From a virus (lineage: Duplodnaviria; Caudoviricetes), in the IMG/VR virus record IMGVR_UViG_3300005602_000004, positions 1-54,410 of that record: a DNA stretch of 54,410 nucleotides. One strand, given 5' to 3'. The notes beneath the pieces were generated by a model. That model was not told the DNA's origin and did no database searches. It saw only the letters and a list, made by a program, of their open reading frames with translations. Within the stretch, counting starts at the first letter, position 1; every line of letters starts with the position of its first letter. Of this stretch, positions 46,033 through 53,857 are shown one piece after another. Made by a program: the position numbers and the translations under genes.

Positions 46033-46238
46033 TCGGATTCCTCCTCTAGATCGTCCCGTGTAGCCGGTTCGAAGCATGGACATGGGCAAGCATATCCGCC
46101 GAATTCATCCATGAAGCATTGCGGATGGTTTTCGAAGATTCCGTGAGCATCTTGCTCGTGCCCGCAGTTTCGGCAAGGATGATCCGGTTCGAGCACGTCG
46201 GCATTGGCTCTGGATTCGAGTTCTTCGTCGGGGGTCAT
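46029..46238 (-). CDS. small Cys/His metal-binding protein
   Basis: CRNCGH...H...C...CPCPCF. Confidence 0.6.
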   Translation of the reverse strand: MTPDEELESRANADVLEPDHPCRNCGHEQDAHGIFENHPQCFMDEFGGYACPCPCFEPATRDDLEEESE

Positions 46239-46723
46239 TTCGGCACCTTGGCGGCGATCGTTTCGGCCAAATTCATTAGTTTTTTGAAACTCCAGATTGC
46301 CGACCATGCGTCTTTCTTGACTTCTTCCGGCGTCCATGGATGTTCTTCGTGTGAGCGTTTCATTTGCGGGTATTTGAGTTCGTAGAACGGCATATCGCCC
46401 GCATGGCTGTAATCGTAGCCGTACCAGTAGAAGCCATTCGGGAAGTCGCCAGTTCCATCTTTGCCGAAGGTCAACCCGCCATGACACTCGACTGGTAGAT
46501 CGTCATAACTAAATCCTGCAAGTGGGTGACTCGATGGGATGCCCAAGTAGCAGTTGACCGAAGCCGGGCCGCGCAAAATCAGAACACGTATCCCTTCCTC
46601 GAAGTAATCGAAGTAAATTTTGCCAGGATTGTCGGCAGCACATTCCTTGAATCGTTTTGGAACTGGCATCAATCGTTTCCCTTCTGCCCGAGACAGGGCG
46701 CAGGCAAGTTCGAAATAATCCAT
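46235..46723 (-). CDS. conserved phage hypothetical protein
   Basis: YLGIP..HP, CHGGLTF and W.GYDYSHAGD motifs. Confidence 0.75.
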   Translation of the reverse strand: MDYFELACALSRAEGKRLMPVPKRFKECAADNPGKIYFDYFEEGIRVLILRGPASVNCYLGIPSSHPLAGFSYDDLPVECHGGLTFGKDGTGDFPNGFYWYGYDYSHAGDMPFYELKYPQMKRSHEEHPWTPEEVKKDAWSAIWSFKKLMNLAETIAAKVPK

Positions 46724-46845
46724 TTCAGTGCCTCGAATCGAGTTGCTGAATGGCTTGTTCGGCGGTGGCCCAAATATCATCGAGCGACTCGCCGCGTGCG
46801 CAAAGTATCTGGATCAGTTCGAGCAGATTCTTGATCGACTCGGCT

Positions 46846-47106
46846 CTACTGGTTCTTCGGCAATGCGTAAATAACACCCTCTCTCGCATAAATTTTGTGG
46901 CTCCCTCGGTATTTCCGCTTGAGGGCTTGGACGAAGGCATTGATCGGGTTTCTGAGGTCCAGTTCCCCATTCAAGCGGATTTCGATGCTCTTTCCGTCCT
47001 CGATGTCCCGTACGGCGCTTTTCCATTCGGGTGTATTCCGAATGATGCCGGATTGCTTCGGGCGAGGAGGATTCTTGGCGGCTTTGACACCACGGCTTTT
47101 CGGCAT
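46846..47106 (-). CDS. small basic protein
   Basis: SD AGGAGG. Confidence 0.65.
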   Translation of the reverse strand: MPKSRGVKAAKNPPRPKQSGIIRNTPEWKSAVRDIEDGKSIEIRLNGELDLRNPINAFVQALKRKYRGSHKIYAREGVIYALPKNQ

Positions 47107-47115
47107 GAATTCCTC

Positions 47116-47571
47116 CTAGGCGGCATCCGTTTCCGATGAATTGAGGTCGGTTCGAATTCCGGTGGTGTAATGGAATTTAATCTTCCGGCCAGCGACTTTG
47201 TGTGGACCCTTCGGCTTATGTGAGCCGAGACGCAAACTCTGCGGGAAAGTTTTGAGGGTATAGTCTCCCGGCGCAAAGCCAGCTTCGCGGTCGAAACTGA
47301 CAATCTCCCGCTGGACGGAATTCGGCACCCGGTAGCGAATGGCCTTTTTGCCTTTGATGACGTATGCCACACTGAGGGAAATAATGACTCCATCGGCTTT
47401 GGTCTTGCGTTTCGAAGCGACGGCCATTGCGCAAGAGGCATGGCTTCGGACAGCCGCCGAATTGGAATCATTGGCGGTCACTTCGATATTGAGTGGACTT
47501 TCTCCGTCCTCGACCTTTTCGACTTGCGGGAAATACCGCTTGACGATGATTAACGCTCGATCTATTTTCAT
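47116..47571 (-). CDS. hypothetical protein, paralog of 47574-48065
   Basis: YFP.VE.VEDG, DSNSAAVR, CAMAVA and EIVSFDREAGFAPG are shared. Confidence 0.85.
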   Translation of the reverse strand: MKIDRALIIVKRYFPQVEKVEDGESPLNIEVTANDSNSAAVRSHASCAMAVASKRKTKADGVIISLSVAYVIKGKKAIRYRVPNSVQREIVSFDREAGFAPGDYTLKTFPQSLRLGSHKPKGPHKVAGRKIKFHYTTGIRTDLNSSETDAA

Positions 47572-47573
47572 GG

Positions 47574-48065
47574 TTATTCAATCTCCACATCGGACCCAAG
47601 TGCTGTTCGGATGCCGGTTGTTTTGTGCTGGAAGCGCACTGGTTTCCCGGTCAACTTGCCTGGACCAAACTCTCTTTTTTCTCCGAATCGGTTTGCTGGA
47701 CTTTCGGGGATCAGTTGATAGGTTCCCGGCGCGAAACCAGCTTCCCGGTCGAAGCTCACAATTTCTTTTTGAGCGGACATTGGGACGGCGTATCGGGTTG
47801 CCGTGTTGCCCTTGATGATGTAGGCAACGCTTCGGGCAATGAGAACGCCATCGGCGTGCATCTTGCGTTTGCAGGCAACAGCCATCGCGCATCCCTCTTT
47901 GTTGCGAACGGCGGCAGAGTTCGAGTCTGCTTTCGTCACTTCGACTTGAAGCGGCTTATCGCCATCCTCGACTCTCTCAACCTTCGGGAAATACTTTCGG
48001 ACGTTTGCGAGCGCGATGGACTTTGGTCTGTGATTCTGCGGGATACGGTTCACTTTGGTTGACAT
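47574..48065 (-). CDS. hypothetical protein, paralog of 47116-47571
   Basis: same shared blocks; SD AAGGAG. Confidence 0.85.
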   Translation of the reverse strand: MSTKVNRIPQNHRPKSIALANVRKYFPKVERVEDGDKPLQVEVTKADSNSAAVRNKEGCAMAVACKRKMHADGVLIARSVAYIIKGNTATRYAVPMSAQKEIVSFDREAGFAPGTYQLIPESPANRFGEKREFGPGKLTGKPVRFQHKTTGIRTALGSDVEIE

Positions 48066-48076
48066 TCGATTCTCCT

Positions 48077-48460
48077 TTATCGAGCGACGTAGAATTTACT
48101 GCGCCGAGTAGCGGGTGCGGGACTCGGAATGAGTTGATCGTGGAGCCGGTCTAATTCCGACTCAATCGTTTGGCGCATCTTCGAAAAGGCATATTCGAGG
48201 AGCGCGGGTGAGATTTCGGTGAAGTGTCCATTCGTCGGCAAGTTGTGAAGCAAGTCCTTTCGGATTTTATTGAGTGGATTACCGACCTCATAGCCGGTCT
48301 TGACGTTCACGAGGACGTGCCCAGGGAATCTCTTTCGATGCCCGGTTTGTCCGGTTTGCGAAGCTACCCACATATTGCAGGTCTTGCAAATGTATTTGGC
48401 CTCGGGCGGAACCTTGCCATCTGCGGGAATATACTTATCCATGCGGGATACTGTTGCCAT
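48077..48460 (-). CDS. hypothetical protein with a C2H2-like motif; first gene of the leftward arm
   Basis: CKTC...H....PGH; SD GGAG. Confidence 0.65.
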   Translation of the reverse strand: MATVSRMDKYIPADGKVPPEAKYICKTCNMWVASQTGQTGHRKRFPGHVLVNVKTGYEVGNPLNKIRKDLLHNLPTNGHFTEISPALLEYAFSKMRQTIESELDRLHDQLIPSPAPATRRSKFYVAR

Positions 48461-48587
48461 GTGCGGTTCTCCAGTTCAAAGCGATTTTGGGCTTACTCGT
48501 TTGGCCTATAGGCGCTTTTAAAACTCCGGCAGAAAAATTCGCAGCAAAAACGATTCCTCGAAAATTCACCCGGATTTTTTGAAAGAG

Positions 48588-48681
48588 CCTGTAACCCTCC
48601 GAGGACCCGAAACCCTCGGAAAACGCCATTTTCGTTTGGATTGTCGGGTCCCCGGAGTCATAGGAGCAAACCAACTACAGG
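48588..48681 (-). ncRNA. candidate antisense sRNA or leader RNA with an exposed anti-RBS segment
   Basis: 14-bp stem CUCCGGGGACCCGA/UCGGGUCCUCGGAG (G-U on the minus strand, A-C on plus); 5' segment GUUGGUUUGCUCCUAUG complementary to six RBS regions; directly behind a promoter. Confidence 0.65.
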
Positions 48682-48684
48682 TAA

Positions 48685-48713
48685 AATCTACACTGTCAAG
48701 TGTTGTTTGTCAA
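48685..48713 (-). promoter_or_regulatory. leftward sigma70-type promoter
   Basis: TTGACA-N17-TAGATT. Confidence 0.75.
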
Positions 48714-48798
48714 CTGGCAAGTGTGGAAAATTTATACGGTAAAAACTTCCAACTAACATACGGACACGCAATAGTTTCCATACTTTACAGATTACGCT

Positions 48799-48827
48799 TG
48801 ACACTTTTCACGCATTGCTGTATCTAA
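48799..48827 (+). promoter_or_regulatory. rightward promoter candidate for the small-gene arm
   Basis: TTGACA-N17-TATCTA (imperfect -10) in an AT-rich divergent intergenic region. Confidence 0.5.
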
Positions 48828-48870
48828 TTTCGTGCGGGCGAATATTGCCCAACAAGAGGAGTAAAAACCG

Positions 48871-49194
48871 ATGGCAGAAAACGAACAAGTTATCCCGTTG
48901 CGTCAACCGCAAGTAGGGCGAAAGAACGTGATTCTCGGCAAGATTCTCACTAATTCGCAGATACACAAGGCTTTGGACATTCTGCGGGATGAAGAGTTAA
49001 CCGGAAATGATCGGTCTCCGGAGAGGATTACCGAAGAACTGATTCGTCCCATCATTTCGTACATCAACCGCGTAACGGGACAGGAGAATGACCCTGCCTA
49101 TCTCGGATACGCAATCGCGTTTGCCTTGCGTCCGCACATTATTGGAGCGGAGTCCGACCGCTTGGAGTGTGAAGACCCAAGCATATGCGAGTGA
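48871..49194 (+). CDS. hypothetical protein
   Basis: SD GAGGAG; IN..TGQENDPAYL.YA motif. Confidence 0.75.
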   Translation: MAENEQVIPLRQPQVGRKNVILGKILTNSQIHKALDILRDEELTGNDRSPERITEELIRPIISYINRVTGQENDPAYLGYAIAFALRPHIIGAESDRLECEDPSICE

Positions 49195-49301
49195 TATGTG
49201 CGCTCATTTCGGTAGCCGTGCTCTTTTACCGGGAATGGTTTGGACCGGACTCGGAAGAGATAGCACGGCAAACGTGGGACGCATGTATGCGGAAGCGGTA
49301 G
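49185..49301 (+). CDS. small protein (38 aa)
   Basis: MRVICALISVAVLFYREW...; ends exactly where leader element 1 begins. Confidence 0.4.
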   Translation: MRVICALISVAVLFYREWFGPDSEEIARQTWDACMRKR

Positions 49302-49388
49302 ATGCGCCTTGCGGGTTTCGCTCGGCAAACGAGCGATTCCCGGAACGTGCATAGGACGTTCCAATCCGAGACTGAGGAGCAAACCAGC
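49302..49388 (+). promoter_or_regulatory. structured leader element 1
   Basis: TTGCGGG-[hairpin]-CCCGGAA; alternative hairpin GGAACGT/ACGTTCC; RBS AGGAGCAAACCA. Confidence 0.7.
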
Positions 49389-49736
49389 ATGACTTATGAC
49401 TTGTTTTTCCATGACTACGGGGTCCAGGGATTCACGCAACGCGGGCGAGACTTCATTGGAAACATTCTTTCCAAACGTCCGCTGTTTGCGCCGCTGGATT
49501 ACCGGGAAGCGGTCCGGGATGGACTACTCGTTTCCTTCCGGAATCGAGCGGTGGCGGACGCTGCACTCACTGATCCCGGCAGCACGTCAACCATCGAAAA
49601 CGGTGATGGACCTTTTGTGACGGACGTGGGAGTCGAAACCCCGGAAGGGCTTCCGCTTCCATTCGTTACCGAAGTACCTGCCACGATTGAGGACTGCGAG
49701 CTAGAGGACGATTCTCCAGACGCGGCCTTGTGTTAA
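49389..49736 (+). CDS. hypothetical acidic protein
   Basis: start placed at MTYDLFF behind AGGAG. Confidence 0.7.
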   Translation: MTYDLFFHDYGVQGFTQRGRDFIGNILSKRPLFAPLDYREAVRDGLLVSFRNRAVADAALTDPGSTSTIENGDGPFVTDVGVETPEGLPLPFVTEVPATIEDCELEDDSPDAALC

Positions 49737-49748
49737 AGCGGGATGTAG

Positions 49749-49840
49749 TAGTCCCTTGCGGGTTTCCCATGCCCAACTAAAAAGCATGGGATTCCCGGAA
49801 CGGATTAACCGTTCCAATCTGACATAGGAGAACAAACCAA
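49749..49840 (+). promoter_or_regulatory. structured leader element 2
   Basis: TTGCGGG-[hairpin]-CCCGGAA; GGAACGG/CCGTTCC; CATAGGAG. Confidence 0.7.
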
Positions 49841-50038
49841 ATGCCACGTACAGCGAAGAAAATGAGTCCCAAGGCGGCTCGGAAGAGGAATCGTCGGACT
49901 ACGAACGTGCATGTCCACATTCATCCCCCTGCGCAAGCCTCGGATGAGCAGTTCGAGCAAATGCTCGCGCAATTGGAGAACGGGGACGCTAGTCCAGACG
50001 GTCCGGACAGTGACCCGGACTCCGACCCGCTTTCCTAG
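49841..50038 (+). CDS. small protein with a basic N-terminus and an acidic C-terminus
   Basis: SD AGGAG; VHVHIH. Confidence 0.65.
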   Translation: MPRTAKKMSPKAARKRNRRTTNVHVHIHPPAQASDEQFEQMLAQLENGDASPDGPDSDPDSDPLS

Positions 50039-50115
50039 TGGATTGCCGATAGGACTCCTTCGGGAGTCCCTTCGGGAATGCACACCAAAGCATTCCGACA
50101 TAGGAGAAACCCCGC
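50038..50115 (+). promoter_or_regulatory. structured leader element 3
   Basis: TTGCCGA-[UUCG hairpin]-TCGGGAA; GGAATGC/GCATTCC; CATAGGAG. Confidence 0.7.
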
Positions 50116-50487
50116 ATGAAACCAAAGCAACACAGGGAAATCGCGTCCGGGAAGTTAAAGCTCGCGGCATCGATCATCCGGGAAGCGATAACGGAAGCGA
50201 ACGAAGCGGCAGCACACAAAACCCTCGTCCGGAGACTTGCAAGAGCGGAATTAATGCTCGGCAGGGAAGCGGACGTTTTGAAGCAAAACAATCGGCTACC
50301 AGACTTGCATTACACCCACATGATGTACCGATGGGAGGACGGCGAATTAACGGAGGAGGAGACGAGCGAGCTATTCCAGCACCTTGTAGACACTGGCCTA
50401 GTGTGGCAGCTACAGGGGACGTACGGACGTGAGGCAGCGAGACTAATCGAAGCGGGCGAAATTCGATGGGTGCCGAATGCGCGTTGA
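50116..50487 (+). CDS. conserved phage hypothetical protein
   Basis: E.GEL..EE..ELFQ.LVDTG..W.LQG.YGR.A..LI..G motif. Confidence 0.8.
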   Translation: MKPKQHREIASGKLKLAASIIREAITEANEAAAHKTLVRRLARAELMLGREADVLKQNNRLPDLHYTHMMYRWEDGELTEEETSELFQHLVDTGLVWQLQGTYGREAARLIEAGEIRWVPNAR

Positions 50488-50893
50488 GCTAACGCGTTCT
50501 GGGAAGATTCGGGCGACATCGATGATACCGAATCCGCAGAAGTGTGCAGCGATGCGGACTAAAACCTATCCCTACTGGGTGCGGATTGAGGGAACCGACC
50601 GCAAGCTTTCTCCGGAGGGGTACCTATTCAATAACGAGCGGATACAGAGCTATTTCGACAATCGTTTCGGGCATCTAGCCAAGCCATGGCGAGCGGAGTC
50701 CTGCGAAAACATGGCTCTAGAAGCTTGCAAAGACCTGTCCCGGATCATGCTTGACGAAGGAATAGACGTTAAGTGTGTGGAATGTCAGATACTTGGAAGT
50801 AATGGAGCAAAGATTCGAGGAATCTGGAACGCGCCGGGAGAGGAGCAAACTGGCCGTGAATCAATTTCTGAAAACGCTGTTAGCGGAATGTGA
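50477..50893 (+). CDS. degenerate QueD/PTPS-like T-fold protein
   Basis: C..Y.V.IEG..L..EGY..N...ESCENMA spacing resembles QueD, but HxH is absent. Confidence 0.45.
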   Translation: MRVELTRSGKIRATSMIPNPQKCAAMRTKTYPYWVRIEGTDRKLSPEGYLFNNERIQSYFDNRFGHLAKPWRAESCENMALEACKDLSRIMLDEGIDVKCVECQILGSNGAKIRGIWNAPGEEQTGRESISENAVSGM

Positions 50894-51044
50894 GCGAGAG
50901 CACAAGCAATCCGGGGACACCGGAGACTGGCAGACGTGGTATGCGTCCTACATGACTCCGCGTCTATCGGAATGGCTGTTAAACACATACGGGAGTTTTG
51001 CGGGCGAGATAGCGTGTCCGTACAAGCTTCCGGGAAAGGAATAA
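50856..51044 (+). CDS. hypothetical protein
   Basis: GTG behind AGGAG; H......DW..WYA.Y motif. Confidence 0.65.
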   Translation: MNQFLKTLLAECEREHKQSGDTGDWQTWYASYMTPRLSEWLLNTYGSFAGEIACPYKLPGKE

Positions 51045-51046
51045 CG

Positions 51047-51247
51047 GTGCATCGGAAGAGGCATTGGGTAGTCCGTTGTGCTCGCCGTTGCAAGGGATTC
51101 GTAATCCGAGCGGTAATCGTGACACTCGCCGTGCTCGCCATACTGATCATCATGGCGAACACAGGGGAAGTGGTATCGGTAGGAGTAGCAACGGAGCGAC
51201 TAACGGAAGCATTGGGTATGGCAGCGGCAGACACGTTTGCCGATTGA
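51047..51247 (+). CDS. small membrane protein
   Basis: one long hydrophobic helix; SD AAGGA. Confidence 0.6.
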   Translation: MHRKRHWVVRCARRCKGFVIRAVIVTLAVLAILIIMANTGEVVSVGVATERLTEALGMAAADTFAD

Positions 51248-51248
51248 T

Positions 51249-51322
51249 CGTCCTCGGGGACTCTCGAAATAGAGTCTCCCGGGATGCGTTCATAGGCGCA
51301 TCAGACATAGGAGCGTAAGCCG
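51249..51322 (+). promoter_or_regulatory. structured leader element 4
   Basis: CGGGGACTCT/AGAGTCTCCCG; GATGCGTT/GGCGCATC; CATAGGAGC. Confidence 0.6.
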
Positions 51323-51814
51323 ATGAAACAAAGAGCGATAGTCTTAATCACGATTGACCCGGACGAAAAACCGCGTGCGAGCAACACGCAAAACCATGTA
51401 GCAACGAATCCGATAACTGGGGAATTAGCCGCATTGTTTGAGGTCAACATTTTCCGGAACGATGTAGACGGCAAGGACCCGGAAAAGCTAACCTCGGAAA
51501 GCATGAAAACGAGTCTCGCGCATGAACTAGGCCACGTCGTTGCTACGCTGGCAAACACCAAAGCAAACCGGGATGACCCTCGGAGTAAACCGATGGGCAA
51601 TCGGTGGACAGAGGAACCCGGGGAAGCGGTAGTCAATTCGGAGCGGGAAGCATGGGAAATAGCGCGTCTCATCGCGCCGGACCTAGACGAGCGGGAAGCG
51701 GAGCGAAACCTTGCCAGTTATGAGGAGGACCCGACACTAGACGGGCAATTGAGAATTGCTATCCTTGCGGACATGGTTGCACACCAAAACCCGGAGAAAG
51801 GAGGAATCAACTAA
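51323..51814 (+). CDS. HExxH zinc metallopeptidase-like protein
   Basis: LAHELGH plus downstream E.EAW. Confidence 0.75.
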   Translation: MKQRAIVLITIDPDEKPRASNTQNHVATNPITGELAALFEVNIFRNDVDGKDPEKLTSESMKTSLAHELGHVVATLANTKANRDDPRSKPMGNRWTEEPGEAVVNSEREAWEIARLIAPDLDEREAERNLASYEEDPTLDGQLRIAILADMVAHQNPEKGGIN

Positions 51815-51816
51815 CC

Positions 51817-51903
51817 GTGATCACCGTAGCTTGGATAGTGCTCGGAATAGCGGCAATTCCGGTATTGTGGTGTCTCGTTCAGGAGAGACACACCCGGCAG
51901 TGA
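51817..51903 (+). CDS. small membrane peptide (28 aa)
   Basis: VITVAWIVLGIAAIPVLWCLVQERHTRQ; SD AGGAGG. Confidence 0.45.
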   Translation: MITVAWIVLGIAAIPVLWCLVQERHTRQ

Positions 51904-51957
51904 GCCTGCATTGCGGGTGCGGCATTCGGAAGAGTGCCAATCCCGGAGGGTAGGCGA
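51904..51957 (+). promoter_or_regulatory. structured leader element 5 (short form)
   Basis: GCCTGC-aTTGCGGG-[GGAA hairpin]-CCCGGAG-GTAGGC. Confidence 0.6.
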
Positions 51958-52089
51958 ATGTGCGAGCTAATCGAAATGGTTATTGCTCTATGGTTTATCG
52001 CGGTTTTCGGCTTACTGGTTTTATGGGCAATCGTGCGCGTCGGGGTATGGCTTGCATTCGGACCGAAAGAGACAGGGAAGAAAACATGA
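51958..52089 (+). CDS. small membrane protein (43 aa)
   Basis: MCELIEMVIALWFIAVFGLLVLWAIVRVGVWLAFG... Confidence 0.55.
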   Translation: MCELIEMVIALWFIAVFGLLVLWAIVRVGVWLAFGPKETGKKT

Positions 52090-52241
52090 ATGCCCGCACA
52101 TTCGACACGCGCACACTCGCAGGTTTGAAAGCGGCAGAACGCTATCAGGCAAGGCTTTACAATTGTTTCGACAAGGTGACAGTCACGACAATTGGCCTAT
52201 ACCGCGTCCGCATTTCGGGCTTGACTCCGAAACCCCGATAG
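52086..52241 (+). CDS. hypothetical protein
   Basis: ATGA overlap; T.T.AGLKAAER motif. Confidence 0.6.
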   Translation: MNARTFDTRTLAGLKAAERYQARLYNCFDKVTVTTIGLYRVRISGLTPKPR

Positions 52242-52257
52242 GCGCATTCTCGGGCGC

Positions 52258-52617
52258 ATGGACCCGCGTTTCGATTCGACACACCCGAAATTCTTACCGT
52301 GGTGGACTCGCGCAGATCGGCACACATTCGAATATCAGCTTGCCCGGATGAAACGTGCATTGCCGTATTGCCGAGGACGCGCATCGGACCTAAGACCGCA
52401 TCTCGAATCGCACATCCGTTTTCTCGAATCAAAGCAACACATTTCGATTCAACAGCAAAGAGCAATCATGCTCGACACTTCGACACTCCTAGAACGCCTT
52501 GCCATTCGATATAACGTATCATTCCCCGTTTCGACACTTCGGACCCTCAAATCCGGAATAGGCCTCTTAAAACAGCACGCAAACTCCAGCAATGGCACGT
52601 CTACAGGCCGGTCTTGA
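52258..52617 (+). CDS. hypothetical protein
   Basis: 119-aa ORF in operon orientation. Confidence 0.5.
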   Translation: MDPRFDSTHPKFLPWWTRADRHTFEYQLARMKRALPYCRGRASDLRPHLESHIRFLESKQHISIQQQRAIMLDTSTLLERLAIRYNVSFPVSTLRTLKSGIGLLKQHANSSNGTSTGRS

Positions 52618-52865
52618 GCGAATCGAGCAAAACACAACGTACGTCCGCTGCGACACTTGCTCGAATGGAAGTATGGAAGCGTACTCCGGCCCATGAACGT
52701 AAGCGTATCGGAATGCGCTTGTTTGCGATCTACAGCGGACGTAGGTCCCAACAAATGTATAGGTTACGTGGTATTGATCCGTTCGCGTACGCTCGGCAAT
52801 TCCGCTGGCCGAAGAAGAAAACAGACGAAGAAAAGACGCGCAGCAAAGTCCTACCAATTGGCTAA
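52614..52865 (+). CDS. hypothetical basic protein
   Basis: TTGA overlap with the upstream stop. Confidence 0.5.
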   Translation: MSESSKTQRTSAATLARMEVWKRTPAHERKRIGMRLFAIYSGRRSQQMYRLRGIDPFAYARQFRWPKKKTDEEKTRSKVLPIG

Positions 52866-53089
52866 CACACACATTCTACAGGTACATACGTTGGGCATTG
52901 TCGTATACTAAGTACTATGTTTACCTCACGCCTACGCTCGCGCCTAAGTCTCTCATTCTAAGCATGTAACGTCTCTGGGAACCCCATCGCGGATGTTCAA
53001 GCCCCGGGTTTGAGCACGCGGTTCGGGGAACTGGCTACCGCGAGGCCAATCCGTACAATCTGGTGGATTCATGCCCAACAAGGTTGATT

Positions 53090-53142
53090 TGTACCCACGA
53101 ATTCTCTTGACAACTGTACCCACAGGGCGTAGATGTACCCAC
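53090..53142 (+). promoter_or_regulatory. leaderless promoter with three TGTACCCAC direct repeats
   Basis: TTGACA(53107)-N17-TAGATG-N7-ATG; repeats at 53090, 53115 and 53134. Confidence 0.7.
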
Positions 53143-53559
53143 ATGAATGATGCGACGGTGAAGTTCCGGTTGCCGAGTGTGGAACTGGAGCGGTGGAGGG
53201 TGCAAGCAGCGGAGGCAGGGGAGTCGGTATCGGAGTGGATACGTAGCCGGTGCAACGACGGGGCAGGACTGCCGAAAGCAGGGTTGAGCGGTGTTGATCC
53301 GACCGATCTTGGGAATGAGGTTGGGGAGCCGTCAATTTCCAATTCTGCCCCGACCAAAACGGAGGAAAGTGGAGAAGATTATCGAGCGTCGGACGTGTCA
53401 AGGGGTGGAGAGGTACCTGCGCCTCGGAGACGGAAGTCTGTTTCCGTTGGACCTCTTGCCTCGATGCAGTGCAGTCATTGTGGGCACGGGAAGGCTGTGC
53501 ATCGAGGATTTGGAACGGCGTGCATTCAGGATGATTGTCGGTGTGGAGGATTCAGATGA
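53143..53559 (+). CDS. ribbon-helix-helix protein with a C-terminal Cys/His module
   Basis: VKFRL...E...W...A..AG.SVSEWIR; CSHCGH...H...C...CRC..F. Confidence 0.7.
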   Translation: MNDATVKFRLPSVELERWRVQAAEAGESVSEWIRSRCNDGAGLPKAGLSGVDPTDLGNEVGEPSISNSAPTKTEESGEDYRASDVSRGGEVPAPRRRKSVSVGPLASMQCSHCGHGKAVHRGFGTACIQDDCRCGGFR

Positions 53560-53732
53560 CGGAGACTCCGGACAAGGGGTTGGGGTATTTGCACAAGGAG
53601 TACAAGGAAATCGGGGTGCATGAAGCGGAATCGGTATGGCAGACGTGTATGTGTCGGTCGTGTCAGGATATTAGAGAACTTAGGCATCACGACAAGGGTA
53701 CGAGTTTTCGGCACAAGGACGAGAAATACTAG
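53556..53732 (+). CDS. small hypothetical protein
   Basis: SD GGAGG; ATGA overlap; CMCRSC. Confidence 0.5.
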   Translation: MTETPDKGLGYLHKEYKEIGVHEAESVWQTCMCRSCQDIRELRHHDKGTSFRHKDEKY

Positions 53733-53857
53733 ATGAAGGTTGGGCAAAGGCTGGTGAGCCGGGAACCGAGGGTAAGTGTACCGTGTTTAACCGGGCAGCA
53801 CGGGCATTGTTTTAAGCTGAATTGCTCGTGTACACGCCACGGAAAGAGGAGGCAGTG

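Noticed and set aside
50477-50893. 7-deazaguanine DNA modification pathway
   Set aside because: Only a degenerate QueD-like ORF is present; the rest of the pathway is absent.
49302-51957. CRISPR array or integron cassette array
   Set aside because: The repeats are structural rather than identical and are separated by whole genes; there is no cas gene, integron integrase or attC-type core site.
52920-53070. Non-coding hairpins as an ncRNA or packaging site
   Set aside because: Stems exist (e.g. GTTCAAGCC/GGTTTGAGC), but no second copy, recognisable motif or clear boundaries support a call.
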